From Desulfomonilia bacterium (GTDB lineage Bacteria > Desulfobacterota > Desulfomonilia > UBA1062): 64,000 bases of DNA. Position 1 is the first letter of the stretch; the number at the start of each line of letters is the position of its first letter. Under the pieces are notes generated by a model, which was not told the origin of the DNA, made no database searches, and saw nothing but the letters and a program-made list of their open reading frames with translations. The stretch spans positions 64,001-128,000 of the forward strand of contig CAXXDQ010000002.1 of the NCBI GenBank assembly GCA_963664325.2. The letters run 5' to 3'. The position numbers were made by a program, and so were the translations under genes. Below are positions 1-10,146 of this stretch, piece by piece.

Positions 1-2
1 GT

Positions 3-209
3 GGATTCTTTGTTTTCAACAAAAGAATGTTCAATTATCTGGACCCTGACTGCATTCTGGAACGAAAGCCTATGGAGAATGTTGCCGAAGACGGGCAGAT
101 GATGGCATATCGACATAATGGTTTCTGGATCGGGATGGACACATACCGTGAATATGAAATGCTCAATAGGATGTGGGATATGGAACAGGCGCCCTGGAAA
201 CTGTGGTAA
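3..209 (+). CDS. rfbF: Glucose-1-phosphate cytidylyltransferase, C-terminal part (truncated by window start)
   Basis: Frame open from position 3: GFFVFN...GQMMAYRHNGFWIGMDTYRE...APWKLW, the typical RfbF/DdhA C-terminus. Confidence 0.85.
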   Translation, partial: GFFVFNKRMFNYLDPDCILERKPMENVAEDGQMMAYRHNGFWIGMDTYREYEMLNRMWDMEQAPWKLW

Positions 210-225
210 TCTGATTTAATTTTAA

Positions 226-1959
226 ATGGACACAAAAATAAAAGTTTCGGATTTCTTAGCTGAGTTTTTATATGACCAGGGAATAACCCACATTTTTGAA
301 GTTATCGGGGGAATGATAACCCATTTAATAGATTCCATACACAATCAGGGAAAAATCAGGCTTGTAAGCGTGCACCATGAACAGGCTGCCGCCTTTGCCG
401 CCGAAGGCTTTTCAAGAATGTCAGGTGTTCCCGGTGTTGCATTGGCAACAAGCGGGCCCGGTGCGATAAATATGCTTACAAGTATTGGAAGCTGTTACTT
501 TGATTCTGTTCCTTCAATCTTTATTACAGGCCAGGTAAATCGTCATGAACTGAAGGGCGACAGGAATATACGCCAGCTGGGCTTCCAGGAAGCCGATATT
601 GTATCAATGTCGGCTCCAGTTACTAAAGCGGCATGGCAGATACAAAATCCCGATGATGTGCCTTCAGCTGTGAAAAAGGCCTTCGAGCTTGCCACTTCAG
701 GCCGTCCGGGGCCAGTCGTTTTGGATATTCCCATGGATGTGCAAAGATCCGAGATTCGCTTGACTACTCAGAAATATTGCAGAAGTTTTGATATCGGATC
801 TTGTGGTAATGAAATATTTACCGAGGTTTTTAATGATTTAAAAAATTCGGCCAGGCCAATAGTTTTAGCCGGAGGCGGAATTAACTCGGGCAATGCTCGA
901 AACAGTTTCAGGGAATTCATAGATTCGGTGAAGATACCCGTTGTCAATTCCCTCATGGCCGTAGATGTTTTGCCGTATGAGCATCCTCAGAGAGCTGGTT
1001 TGATAGGTTCATACGGTAACCGCTGGGTAAATCAGGCTGTCGGGAAAGCAGATCTGATGCTTGTGCTGGGCTCTCGCTTGGATATAAGGCAAACCGGGTC
1101 TCAAGCAGATGCATTCAAAGGTGAAAAAATCATATATCATGTAGACTGTGAAGAAGGTGAAATCAACAACCGTGTTAAAAAGTGCAAACCGGTTTTAAAT
1201 CAATTGAACAGCTTTTTAAATGATTTCACAACTTACCTGAGAAGTCGTGAACTGCCTGATTATTCCTTGTGGATTGAAGAGATAAAGAGCTTCCGCAAGT
1301 GCTGGCCGGATACCGGGGAGATTAATAATTTGTCTGGAATAAACCCTAACCAGTTAATGCATTCAATATCAAAGGTTTCCAATAAAGCTTGTGCTTTTGT
1401 GGTTGATGTCGGCCAGCATCAGATGTGGGCTGCACAGTCGGTTGAAGTAACAAACAAACAGAGGTTTCTGACTTCAGGCGGTATGGGAGCTATGGGATTT
1501 GCATTGCCTGCCGCTGTCGGTGTATCTTTTTCAAGACCCGGAGAGCCTGTTGTTGTGATCGCTGGCGATGGCGGTTTTCAATTAAATATTCAGGAATTGG
1601 AAACTGTGGCACATCACAAATTGCCTGTTAAAATGGTAATTTTAAACAACAGATGCTATGGAATGGTTCGCCAGTTTCAGCAGAGCTATTTTAAGGAAAG
1701 ATACCCTTCAACTTACTGGGGATATTCAGCACCTGATTTTAAAAACGTTGCCCTTGCCTATGGGATCAACAGCAGGACAATTCACGATAATTCGGAAATA
1801 ACGGAAGGGCTTGGCAGCATGTGGGAAGATCCCCGGGAACCTTTTGTTTTACAGGTGATGCTTGATCCTCTAACAAATGTCTATCCAAAAATAGCATTCG
1901 GTTTGCCGATTACGGAGATGGAGCCGTTAGCAAAACCAGTGACAATGGAAGGCACCTAA
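226..1959 (+). CDS. Thiamine-diphosphate-dependent enzyme, acetolactate synthase-like (YerE-type by context)
   Basis: HHEQAAAFAAEG, TSGPGAIN and GDGG...ILNN ThDP motifs; no ilvN subunit; lies inside a nucleotide-sugar cluster. Confidence 0.85.
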   Translation: MDTKIKVSDFLAEFLYDQGITHIFEVIGGMITHLIDSIHNQGKIRLVSVHHEQAAAFAAEGFSRMSGVPGVALATSGPGAINMLTSIGSCYFDSVPSIFITGQVNRHELKGDRNIRQLGFQEADIVSMSAPVTKAAWQIQNPDDVPSAVKKAFELATSGRPGPVVLDIPMDVQRSEIRLTTQKYCRSFDIGSCGNEIFTEVFNDLKNSARPIVLAGGGINSGNARNSFREFIDSVKIPVVNSLMAVDVLPYEHPQRAGLIGSYGNRWVNQAVGKADLMLVLGSRLDIRQTGSQADAFKGEKIIYHVDCEEGEINNRVKKCKPVLNQLNSFLNDFTTYLRSRELPDYSLWIEEIKSFRKCWPDTGEINNLSGINPNQLMHSISKVSNKACAFVVDVGQHQMWAAQSVEVTNKQRFLTSGGMGAMGFALPAAVGVSFSRPGEPVVVIAGDGGFQLNIQELETVAHHKLPVKMVILNNRCYGMVRQFQQSYFKERYPSTYWGYSAPDFKNVALAYGINSRTIHDNSEITEGLGSMWEDPREPFVLQVMLDPLTNVYPKIAFGLPITEMEPLAKPVTMEGT

Positions 1960-1977
1960 TATTAAACGGCTTTTTTA

Positions 1978-3039
1978 ATGATCATTCCTGAAGATATTAC
2001 GTCAATAATCAGCAGTGTCGGAAACAAATTTTTTGCCCTTTCGGGGCAAAGGCTGTTTATTGCCGGTGGAACCGGCTTTATCGGCAGTTATCTTTTAAAA
2101 ACCGTTGCATCTTTGAATGATAATCATCTTGAGGACCCCTGTAATGTAATTGTTCTGTCGAGAAACCCGGATGCATTCTTTAAAAAAATGCCTGATATGG
2201 CCAGGCGAAGTGATTTGAAAGTTATCAAAGGTGATATCATCAATTTCGATTTTAATAGTTTCAACTGTGATTATATTATTCATGCAGCAACTGAAGCCGA
2301 TCCCTTAACCGTTAAGAACGATCCGCTGGGATCGATGGAAACTATCACCCGGGGGACTTTGAATGTTTTAAACCTTGCTGAAAGAAACAAGGTTAAATCC
2401 TTTCTTTATTTAAGCTCCGGCGCAGTCTACGGTGTACAGCCTCCCGAACTGGAACAGATACCGGAAGATTTTATTCAAGGGCCGGACTTGTCGGTGCCGG
2501 GATCAGGCTATGCGGAAGGGAAAAGATATGCAGAGGTGTTATGTTCAATATATGCTCAACAACATGGTGTCCCTGCCAAAGTTGCAAGACTGTTTACATG
2601 TACCGGTCCATATATCGATTTAAAAGCAACTTATGCGGTTTCTGATTTCATAATGAGATGTCTTGGAAAAGAACCGATAATAATAAACAGCGACGGGACG
2701 CCGGTAAGGTCGTATTGCTACAGTGCTGATTTGACGGTAGCACTATGGGATATTTTGTTGAGTGATGCACGGCACGCATGCTTTAATGTAGGCTCTGACG
2801 ATAGTATATCGATTTCCGGTTTAGCCTGTTTCGTTGCTTCATGTTTTGATGAAACTGTTCCGGTGATAATTAATGGTCCTGCTTCAGAGGGGAAGCTTCC
2901 CTCCCGATACCTGCCGGATATAACAAGACTTAAGGATAGTTTTGATTTCAATCTGCAATATGATTCGCTTGCAGCCGTGAAGAGAACGATTGACTGGATT
3001 AAAGAATCTCCGGCAAATATCAATTATCAGAGTGGATAA
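1978..3039 (+). CDS. NAD-dependent epimerase/dehydratase/reductase (extended SDR)
   Basis: GGTGFIG, SSGAVYG and YAEGK (YxxxK) motifs. Confidence 0.85.
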   Translation: MIIPEDITSIISSVGNKFFALSGQRLFIAGGTGFIGSYLLKTVASLNDNHLEDPCNVIVLSRNPDAFFKKMPDMARRSDLKVIKGDIINFDFNSFNCDYIIHAATEADPLTVKNDPLGSMETITRGTLNVLNLAERNKVKSFLYLSSGAVYGVQPPELEQIPEDFIQGPDLSVPGSGYAEGKRYAEVLCSIYAQQHGVPAKVARLFTCTGPYIDLKATYAVSDFIMRCLGKEPIIINSDGTPVRSYCYSADLTVALWDILLSDARHACFNVGSDDSISISGLACFVASCFDETVPVIINGPASEGKLPSRYLPDITRLKDSFDFNLQYDSLAAVKRTIDWIKESPANINYQSG

Positions 3040-4105
3040 AGACAGCTTACATGTAACGGTCTGTGTTCCTGCACATAACGCCGGTTGGTCATTAGCCAGA
3101 ACTATGGATTCAATACTTGCCCAGGACTATCCTGACATTGATGTTTTTGTGTGCGACAACTGTTCATCAGACAACACAGCTGAAATTGCTAAAAGTTATG
3201 AGAACAGGGGTGTCAGATATTTCTTCAATCCCGTTATATCTGGTGGCGCTGAAGGCAACTGGAATTATGCTTTAACTCTTGCGAAAGGGCCTATGATCGC
3301 AGTCTATCATGCGGATGATCTGTATAACCCGGGAATCGTCAGAAAACAGGTGGAGTTCTTCAAATCAAACCCTGGCGTCAGCTCTGTATTTACAATGACG
3401 CAATTAATCGATGAAAAGGACAGACCAGTCAAAAAAGGCTCAACTTCACTTCCAATTGAGTTAAGGAAAAAAAACGTATTCAACTTTGAAGAGTTGATAA
3501 ATGCAGTCCTGGAATATACAAATTTCATGATTGTTCCGAGCATGATGACGAAAAAGGAAGTGCTGGAAAAGGTTGGTAATTTTAACTGGCCTGAATTTAA
3601 AAGCGCAGCAGATATCGATTTGTATCTGCGGATGTCCCAAACAGGACCGATCGGGATTATTGACGAACCGTTGCACCAATACCGCATTTCAACACATCAG
3701 GACTCTAATGTCATCCATAATTCAAGGACACATCTTGCGCATTTTTTCTGGGTAATGGATTATTGGCTTGAATTGCCGGAAATCAGTCAATCAATAAAAC
3801 CTTCGGCACGAAGGGTTTATGATATGTACAGGGCATCAGACCAGGTTCTGTGTGCCATGAAAATGCTTGTACAAAACAAACCGCAAGATGCAAAAGGATT
3901 GCTGCTTCAAGCTATGAAAACAAGCAACTGGATGACCGGTTTAAGCTTTCAGCCCCGAAGAGTGCCGTATTTTTTGGCGGGATTATTTCTGTTAATGAGT
4001 ACCATGGCCGGGTTTGGAACATTTTCAGGGAAGCTGACAAATGCCCTGTATCAAAAATATCTATGGCATATGAGACAGCCTGTCAGGACTATTGATGATA
4101 AATAA
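3032..4105 (+). CDS. Glycosyltransferase family 2
   Basis: VCVPAHN, DNCSSDNT and HADD motifs; GTG at 3032 chosen as start (ORF track opens at 2990). Confidence 0.85.
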   Translation: MDKDSLHVTVCVPAHNAGWSLARTMDSILAQDYPDIDVFVCDNCSSDNTAEIAKSYENRGVRYFFNPVISGGAEGNWNYALTLAKGPMIAVYHADDLYNPGIVRKQVEFFKSNPGVSSVFTMTQLIDEKDRPVKKGSTSLPIELRKKNVFNFEELINAVLEYTNFMIVPSMMTKKEVLEKVGNFNWPEFKSAADIDLYLRMSQTGPIGIIDEPLHQYRISTHQDSNVIHNSRTHLAHFFWVMDYWLELPEISQSIKPSARRVYDMYRASDQVLCAMKMLVQNKPQDAKGLLLQAMKTSNWMTGLSFQPRRVPYFLAGLFLLMSTMAGFGTFSGKLTNALYQKYLWHMRQPVRTIDDK

Positions 4106-5039
4106 AAATTCCAGGATTTATGTCGCAGGCCATAGAGGGTTGGCCGGATCGGCGATTTTGAGAAAATTGAAAAGCGACGGATACCTGAATTTAATTGTCA
4201 GAACACATAATCAGCTGGATTTAAAAGACGCCAAAAGCGTCTTTTTACATTTTAAGAGAACAAGGCCTGAAGTTGTTTTTATTGCGGCTGCAAAGGTCGG
4301 TGGAATTGCAGCCAATATCGCCGAGCCGACAGAATTTCTTTTGGATAATCTGAAAATTCAAAACAACCTGATGGAAGCATGTCTGGAATATAAAGTTGCA
4401 AAGACTGTTTTCCTTGGAAGTTCATGTATATATCCCAGGGAGTCTCCTCAGCCGATGCGTGAAGAATATTTCATGCACGGACCTGTAGAACCCACAAATG
4501 AATCTTATGCGATAGCCAAAATAGCCGGTATACGTCTGGCACAGGCCATGAATAAGCAGTATGGACTTAATATAATTTCTCCTATGCCGTGCAATTTGTA
4601 TGGCCCGGGCGATCATTTCGAGTTCGAACGCTCACATGTGATATCGGCACTTGTGAGGCGTTTCGCGGAGGCAAAACAGACCGGTTCCGAATCTGTTACA
4701 CTATGGGGCACAGGGAATGCCCGCAGGGAGTTCCTGCATGCCGATGACTGTGCGGATGCGTGCCTGTTCCTCTTGAATAATTACGAAAGCCCTGAGATTA
4801 TCAATGTAGGTTCAGGTGCTGATTTTACTATAAGAGAACTGGCAGAGCTGATTGCAGCCATTGTGGATTATAAGGGTCAAATACTCTGGGACATATCAAA
4901 ACCCGATGGAATGCCCCGCAAACTTCTTGATGTTCAAAGGCTGAAATCATTAGGATGGCAGCATTCTATTGAACTTGAAAGAGGCCTCAGGATGGTTCTC
5001 GAGGATTTCTATAAATGGCAAAAATCAAACAAGGGTTGA
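4095..5039 (+). CDS. fcl: GDP-L-fucose synthase family epimerase/reductase (possibly ColC-type)
   Basis: AGHRGLAGSAI, AAAKVGGI, LGSSCIYP, EPTNESYAIAK, WGTGNARREFLH and KPDGMPRKLLD motifs. Confidence 0.9.
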   Translation: MINKNSRIYVAGHRGLAGSAILRKLKSDGYLNLIVRTHNQLDLKDAKSVFLHFKRTRPEVVFIAAAKVGGIAANIAEPTEFLLDNLKIQNNLMEACLEYKVAKTVFLGSSCIYPRESPQPMREEYFMHGPVEPTNESYAIAKIAGIRLAQAMNKQYGLNIISPMPCNLYGPGDHFEFERSHVISALVRRFAEAKQTGSESVTLWGTGNARREFLHADDCADACLFLLNNYESPEIINVGSGADFTIRELAELIAAIVDYKGQILWDISKPDGMPRKLLDVQRLKSLGWQHSIELERGLRMVLEDFYKWQKSNKG

Positions 5040-5045
5040 TTGTGT

Positions 5046-6314
5046 ATGAATAGTAAAAAGAAAGAAGATTTGAGGAGATCCATTCAGGCATACATTGAAG
5101 ATGCTTCAGGCTCTGAAAACGCAGAATCACGGAAATACTGGTATCCGTTAAGTTGCGCAACCTATGAGACGGAAGAAATCATGGAGGCGCTTGATTCCCT
5201 GTGCGCGTTAAGGACCACAATGGGTGAGAAAACCGTAAGGTTTGAGCAAACCTTCAGCAGGATGTTCGGCCATACCGAATCAGTTATGGTAAACAGCGGA
5301 TCATCCGCGGATCTTTTAATTGCCTTTGCTCTTGTTAATCCCCAGGCGAAGCTCCTCAAGTCCGGTGATGAGATCCTTGTCCCCTCAGTAACATGGCCGA
5401 CACAGATATGGTCCGCCATGATGGCAGGGCTTAAGGTCAGACTTGTGGATACGGACCCCTTAACTCTCAATGTGGACCTAAAGGACCTGGAAGGGAAAAT
5501 TACCTCCCGGACAAGGGCAGTATCGCTTGTTCATCTTATGGGAAATCCATGCGACATGGACAAGGTTATGGCCCTTTGCAAAAAGCATGACCTCATCCTT
5601 ATTGAGGATTGCTGCGAGTCTCTCGGGGCGAAATTCAAAGGCCGGCCCGTGGGCACTTTCGGAATGGCCGGAAGCTATTCATTTTTCTTCTCGCACCACA
5701 TTACGACCATGGAAGGCGGTATGATAGGTTGCAGGGATGAGGAATTGTCTGACCTGTTCAGACTGCTGCGTGCACATGGATGGGCGCGTAACATGAAGCA
5801 TATCAGCGTCGAACCTGAGCCCGATATTGATGAAAGATATATGTTTTTAAACTGGGGATTCAACGTAAGACCCACTGAACTCCAGTCAGGCTTTGGGCTG
5901 GTTCAACTTGGACGCCAGCCGGCATTTCATGACCAGCGCAGAAAAAACGCAGTATATTTTGAAAATTATTTAAAACAGTACGGGGATATTATGGCGCTGA
6001 TGCAGGTAAACCCGGATTCCGAATGCTCCTGGTTTACCCTGCCTGTCATTCTTAGGCAGGAGTGCCCTTTCAAGAAAGAAGATTTCTTGAAATATCTTGA
6101 AATTCAGGGGGTCGAAACAAGGCCAATAGTGGCGGGCAACCTGGCGCTTCAACCCGTTGTCAAATTGTTTCCAGGCCTGTTCGACAACAACCTGCCTGGT
6201 GCCAATCAGGTCCATAAATACGGGTTTTATCTGGGGCTGTATCCTTTTGAATCAAAAAAGCAGATGGATCGCCTGTTCGAAGTGTTTGACAATTATCTGA
6301 AAACCTACAGGTAA
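5046..6314 (+). CDS. PLP-dependent DegT-family enzyme, ColD-like GDP-4-keto-6-deoxymannose 3-dehydratase
   Basis: VNSGSSADL, EDCCESLG, SFFFSHHITTMEGG (His in place of the catalytic Lys), LRAHGW and ETRPIVAGN motifs. Confidence 0.75.
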   Translation: MNSKKKEDLRRSIQAYIEDASGSENAESRKYWYPLSCATYETEEIMEALDSLCALRTTMGEKTVRFEQTFSRMFGHTESVMVNSGSSADLLIAFALVNPQAKLLKSGDEILVPSVTWPTQIWSAMMAGLKVRLVDTDPLTLNVDLKDLEGKITSRTRAVSLVHLMGNPCDMDKVMALCKKHDLILIEDCCESLGAKFKGRPVGTFGMAGSYSFFFSHHITTMEGGMIGCRDEELSDLFRLLRAHGWARNMKHISVEPEPDIDERYMFLNWGFNVRPTELQSGFGLVQLGRQPAFHDQRRKNAVYFENYLKQYGDIMALMQVNPDSECSWFTLPVILRQECPFKKEDFLKYLEIQGVETRPIVAGNLALQPVVKLFPGLFDNNLPGANQVHKYGFYLGLYPFESKKQMDRLFEVFDNYLKTYR

Positions 6315-6326
6315 AAAACCCAGGTC

Positions 6327-7355
6327 ATGAAAATACTTCTTGTTGCGGCTTTCGGAAGGGATGAATCCGAATCCTACGAGTATTATAATTTTTATCTTCC
6401 GCTCAGACGTATAACAGAAACGGTTATAAAGTATGATTTTATAAATAAAATGAATAAGCTGGGCAGGCAGGGGATGAACAATGACCTGCTCGGAACGGTC
6501 AAAGAATTAAGACCTGATATTGTAATTTTTGTTCCGCATACAGACCAGTTTATTCCGGAAACCGTTGATGAGATTAACAAATATGCGCTCACTCTGTGCT
6601 ACTTTTTCGATGATATATGGAGGCAGGAGTACTCTAATTTCTGGGCCGGTCATTTTAGATATGTAACTACATCTGATGTAAACGGTTTAAACAGATTCCG
6701 GGATGCAGGCTTTACAAATGTTCTCTATTCGCCGTTTGCCTGCAACACCGGCTATTTCATAAAGAAGGACATTCCCAAGATATATGATGTCAGTTTTATC
6801 GGCCAGTTTCATCCTTACCGCGCATGGTTCATAAGAAAAACAAGAAAGGCGGGATTTAATGTTTTTGTTCGAGGCTTGGGATGGGATAGCGGACCGGTAG
6901 ACTATACTCAGATGGTTGATATATTCAATCAAAGCAGGATAAACCTCAACCTGTCCAATTCGGTGTCATGGGACACGAGATATTTGATGGCGCTTAACAG
7001 GCCTTTTACGGAAACGCTTCGTGCCTGGCGCAACACTGCATTTGCGCTGTTCAAGACCGATCATAAAATCCATGAGCAGGTGAAAGGACGTCATTTCGAG
7101 ATAAATTCATGCGGCGGTTTTCAATTGTCATATTATGTGGAGGGCCTGGAAAAGCATTATAGTATTGGAAGAGAAATCGCTATTTATGATTCGGTAGACA
7201 TGATGGTCGATAAAATCGGCTATTATCTCAAATATGATGATGAGCGTGAAGATGTTGCACAGAACGGATATATGCGCACCCTGAAAGATCATGATATGGA
7301 GTTCAGATTCAGGACCATATTTGAAAGCCTGAAATTGAACATCAGTAGGACATAG
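6327..7355 (+). CDS. Glycosyltransferase, CgeB/Glyco_trans_1_2-like
   Basis: FNQSRINLN and KGRHFEINSCGGFQL...IGYYL...R...AQNGY C-terminal pattern. Confidence 0.8.
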   Translation: MKILLVAAFGRDESESYEYYNFYLPLRRITETVIKYDFINKMNKLGRQGMNNDLLGTVKELRPDIVIFVPHTDQFIPETVDEINKYALTLCYFFDDIWRQEYSNFWAGHFRYVTTSDVNGLNRFRDAGFTNVLYSPFACNTGYFIKKDIPKIYDVSFIGQFHPYRAWFIRKTRKAGFNVFVRGLGWDSGPVDYTQMVDIFNQSRINLNLSNSVSWDTRYLMALNRPFTETLRAWRNTAFALFKTDHKIHEQVKGRHFEINSCGGFQLSYYVEGLEKHYSIGREIAIYDSVDMMVDKIGYYLKYDDEREDVAQNGYMRTLKDHDMEFRFRTIFESLKLNISRT

Positions 7356-7370
7356 GCCAAGGGCGACATA

Positions 7371-8420
7371 TTGAAAAAAATCCTTGTCCATTCGATTTCC
7401 GGTGGAAACAACAGGATGTTCAACCCTGATGTACGCGATGCATATAATGATCCTTACATCTATTTGCGAGAAAGGCTTCTGGATAAAAATTACCAGTTAA
7501 TGACCGCAGATGAAAATTCTCTGGATGACTGTGAATGGATATTTTTTTTTGATATTTCGAGCGTATTTCCTTATTCAGGAATAAAAGGAAATATGAAAAA
7601 ACTGATTAGAAAGGCTACAGGCAAACCCCTTATTCGTGATCTGTTTTCTGAATGCCAGGGGAGTTCATTAAAAGACAGGGCCGTTCTTTTTCTCTGGGAA
7701 GCCCCGGCAGTATACCCGGCCAACTGGAACATGGAATTTCATAAACTGTTCTCTGTAATATTTACCTGGAATGATTCGGTTGTGGATAATAAAAGATATT
7801 TCAAAATATTCTGGCCCCAGACTAGGTTTGTCCCTGATATTCCTCCGGTACCATTCGCAGAAAAGAAACTCCTGGTCAATATTTCAATGAATAAATATTC
7901 GAGCCATGAAAGGGAGCTGTATTCTGAACGAAGAGGATCAATCGAATATTTTGAGAAAAATCATCCGGATAATTTTGATTTGTATGGAATCGGATGGAAC
8001 CATCCGGCCAGATACTCTGAACGTCTGTTTCCATTTATTCGTCACGATTACAAGTCATACAAGGGTACTGTAAAAAACAAATGGGACGTGTTTCAGCATT
8101 ACAGGTTTTCAATCTGTTACGAAAATATCCGTGACGAAACGGGATGGGTCACGGAAAAAATATTCGACAGCATGCGTTGCTGCTGTGTGCCCATTTACTG
8201 GGGCGCTCCCAATATAAGAGACTTTGTTGATGAGGATGCATTTATTGACAGGCGCAATTTCGGATCAAATGAGGAACTGGGAGATTATATCCTCGGCATA
8301 AACGCTCAGAGGTACCAGAAATATCAGGATGCAATCAGGAACTATCTTGCAGGCGAGAAATTCAAAAAATTCCTTCCTGAGAATTTTGCAGATACGATTA
8401 TAAACGTTTTAAAGTTGTGA
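7371..8420 (+). CDS. Glycosyltransferase family 10 (alpha-1,3/4-fucosyltransferase-like)
   Basis: YRFSICYEN...GWVTEKIFD...VPIYWGAPNI GT10 motif; TTG start. Confidence 0.8.
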   Translation: MKKILVHSISGGNNRMFNPDVRDAYNDPYIYLRERLLDKNYQLMTADENSLDDCEWIFFFDISSVFPYSGIKGNMKKLIRKATGKPLIRDLFSECQGSSLKDRAVLFLWEAPAVYPANWNMEFHKLFSVIFTWNDSVVDNKRYFKIFWPQTRFVPDIPPVPFAEKKLLVNISMNKYSSHERELYSERRGSIEYFEKNHPDNFDLYGIGWNHPARYSERLFPFIRHDYKSYKGTVKNKWDVFQHYRFSICYENIRDETGWVTEKIFDSMRCCCVPIYWGAPNIRDFVDEDAFIDRRNFGSNEELGDYILGINAQRYQKYQDAIRNYLAGEKFKKFLPENFADTIINVLKL

Positions 8421-8540
8421 AACACATCTTTTGAAATATGTGAACCAAAGCAAATCCTGTTATCTGCCTTAAAAATATTCCACACATAAAACCCACCATA
8501 GATGTCTCCTCATATAAGTTTTTTCAAAATAGGATAAAAC

Positions 8541-10076
8541 ATGGACCGGATTAGCAGAACCTCTGTCAATATGCTATCCAGCTTGCTGGGTTATGCAATC
8601 CCTATGGTTATTAATCTCGTTTCCACACCTATATTGCTGCATGCAATAGGCGAGAGCGCCTTCGGCCTGCAAAGCCTGGTGGCTGTTATCATTGGATATC
8701 TGACAGTAATGGATATGGGTCTTGACTTGCCGATAACCAAATATCTAGCAGAAGATAATGCAAAGAGTGATTTATTATCCGCAAATAAAATGCTGAACAA
8801 CACCCTTCAGCTCTATATGATAATCGGTGTTGCAGGCATGGCAATAATAATAATTTCATCAGGGCTGCTTGCTGAAAGAGTATTTAAAGTTCAGCCGGAT
8901 ATGGTTCCACAGGCCATCAGTGTCTTCAAGCTTGCAGGCATAGGTTTTCTCGGCAGTGTGGGCATGTCTTGGGGACGCGCTGTATCCATGGGTTTGCAAA
9001 GGTTTGAGATAACCTATGGCGTCGCAATAATGACTAATCTAAGCGGGGTCTGTCTTGGTTTATTAATGGTGTTTCTAGGATATGGAGTGGTTGGTTTTGT
9101 AATGATGCGAGTGCTGTCAACAGTAGCTGCCGGGTTTGCATATTGGCTGTTTGCAAGGTGGCTTCTGCCATTTTATCAGTTTCAGCTCGGTTTTGAATCT
9201 GCCACGTTAAGGCGTGTTAGGGCTTATATAGGTTATGGAGTAATAAACCGTGGCATGAGCGCTTTGGTAAGCCGCCTTGATCAGACATTGATTGGCGTCT
9301 GGCTGGGAGTTGCGGCTGCTGGAATATATTCCATACCTTTCATGATTGTGAATTCAGTTGGATATATGATTGCATATATGCTCGGCTTTACTTTTCCGAT
9401 GGCAAGCGAACTTCACTCTACAGGTCAACACGAAAAGCTCAATGATATTTATGCAAAATCAACAAAATTCATTACTGTGCTTGCATGCATGATTTTCATT
9501 CCTTTATTGATCTTTGGTCAGCCATTCATGAATTTGTGGGTTGGCAGAGGGGTTGAAGAACAGACAAGGGTGGTGCTTGTCCTGCTTACAATTTCATTCT
9601 TTCTAAGTACTTTATTTGTTACACTGCCAAATAATATTGCAGTCGGAACAGGAAGGATAAAACAATTTACGATATACAGCGCATTCAGGGCTGTTGTCTT
9701 GGGAACCGGATGCCTTTTCCTGATAAGACCGTACGGCCTTAAAGGCGCAGGCATGGCGCTTTTATTAACCAACCTGGTGGATTTATCATTCTTGATAGTG
9801 GTTTTGAAATATTATTTAAGAATTTCTCCTTTTAACCTATTCCTTTCAGCTTATTTTTTTCCATTGATTATTGGTGCGTGTCTGGGATTTTTAGCAATGT
9901 TCTTAAGACCGATATCGGGCACCTGGATTGGTTTAATATCTTCTGTCATTGTATTTGAGGTTCTATATATTACTATTGGAATCATAGGTGGATTATTCAA
10001 TCAGACAGAAAAAATTGCTTTGAAAAATTTATTATCTGTTATTTTGAGTCGTTTTCCTGCAAGAAGGTCTTCTTAA
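8541..10076 (+). CDS. wzx: Polysaccharide flippase (Wzx/MOP family)
   Basis: Many TM helices, DMGL motif, RLDQTLIG...AGIYSIP; cluster context. Confidence 0.85.
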   Translation: MDRISRTSVNMLSSLLGYAIPMVINLVSTPILLHAIGESAFGLQSLVAVIIGYLTVMDMGLDLPITKYLAEDNAKSDLLSANKMLNNTLQLYMIIGVAGMAIIIISSGLLAERVFKVQPDMVPQAISVFKLAGIGFLGSVGMSWGRAVSMGLQRFEITYGVAIMTNLSGVCLGLLMVFLGYGVVGFVMMRVLSTVAAGFAYWLFARWLLPFYQFQLGFESATLRRVRAYIGYGVINRGMSALVSRLDQTLIGVWLGVAAAGIYSIPFMIVNSVGYMIAYMLGFTFPMASELHSTGQHEKLNDIYAKSTKFITVLACMIFIPLLIFGQPFMNLWVGRGVEEQTRVVLVLLTISFFLSTLFVTLPNNIAVGTGRIKQFTIYSAFRAVVLGTGCLFLIRPYGLKGAGMALLLTNLVDLSFLIVVLKYYLRISPFNLFLSAYFFPLIIGACLGFLAMFLRPISGTWIGLISSVIVFEVLYITIGIIGGLFNQTEKIALKNLLSVILSRFPARRSS

Positions 10077-10146
10077 ACAGGTTATTTATCCTGATGAACC
10101 TGAGAAATGAATTTGTAACACTTTAAAGGATGATTAGAAATAACCG

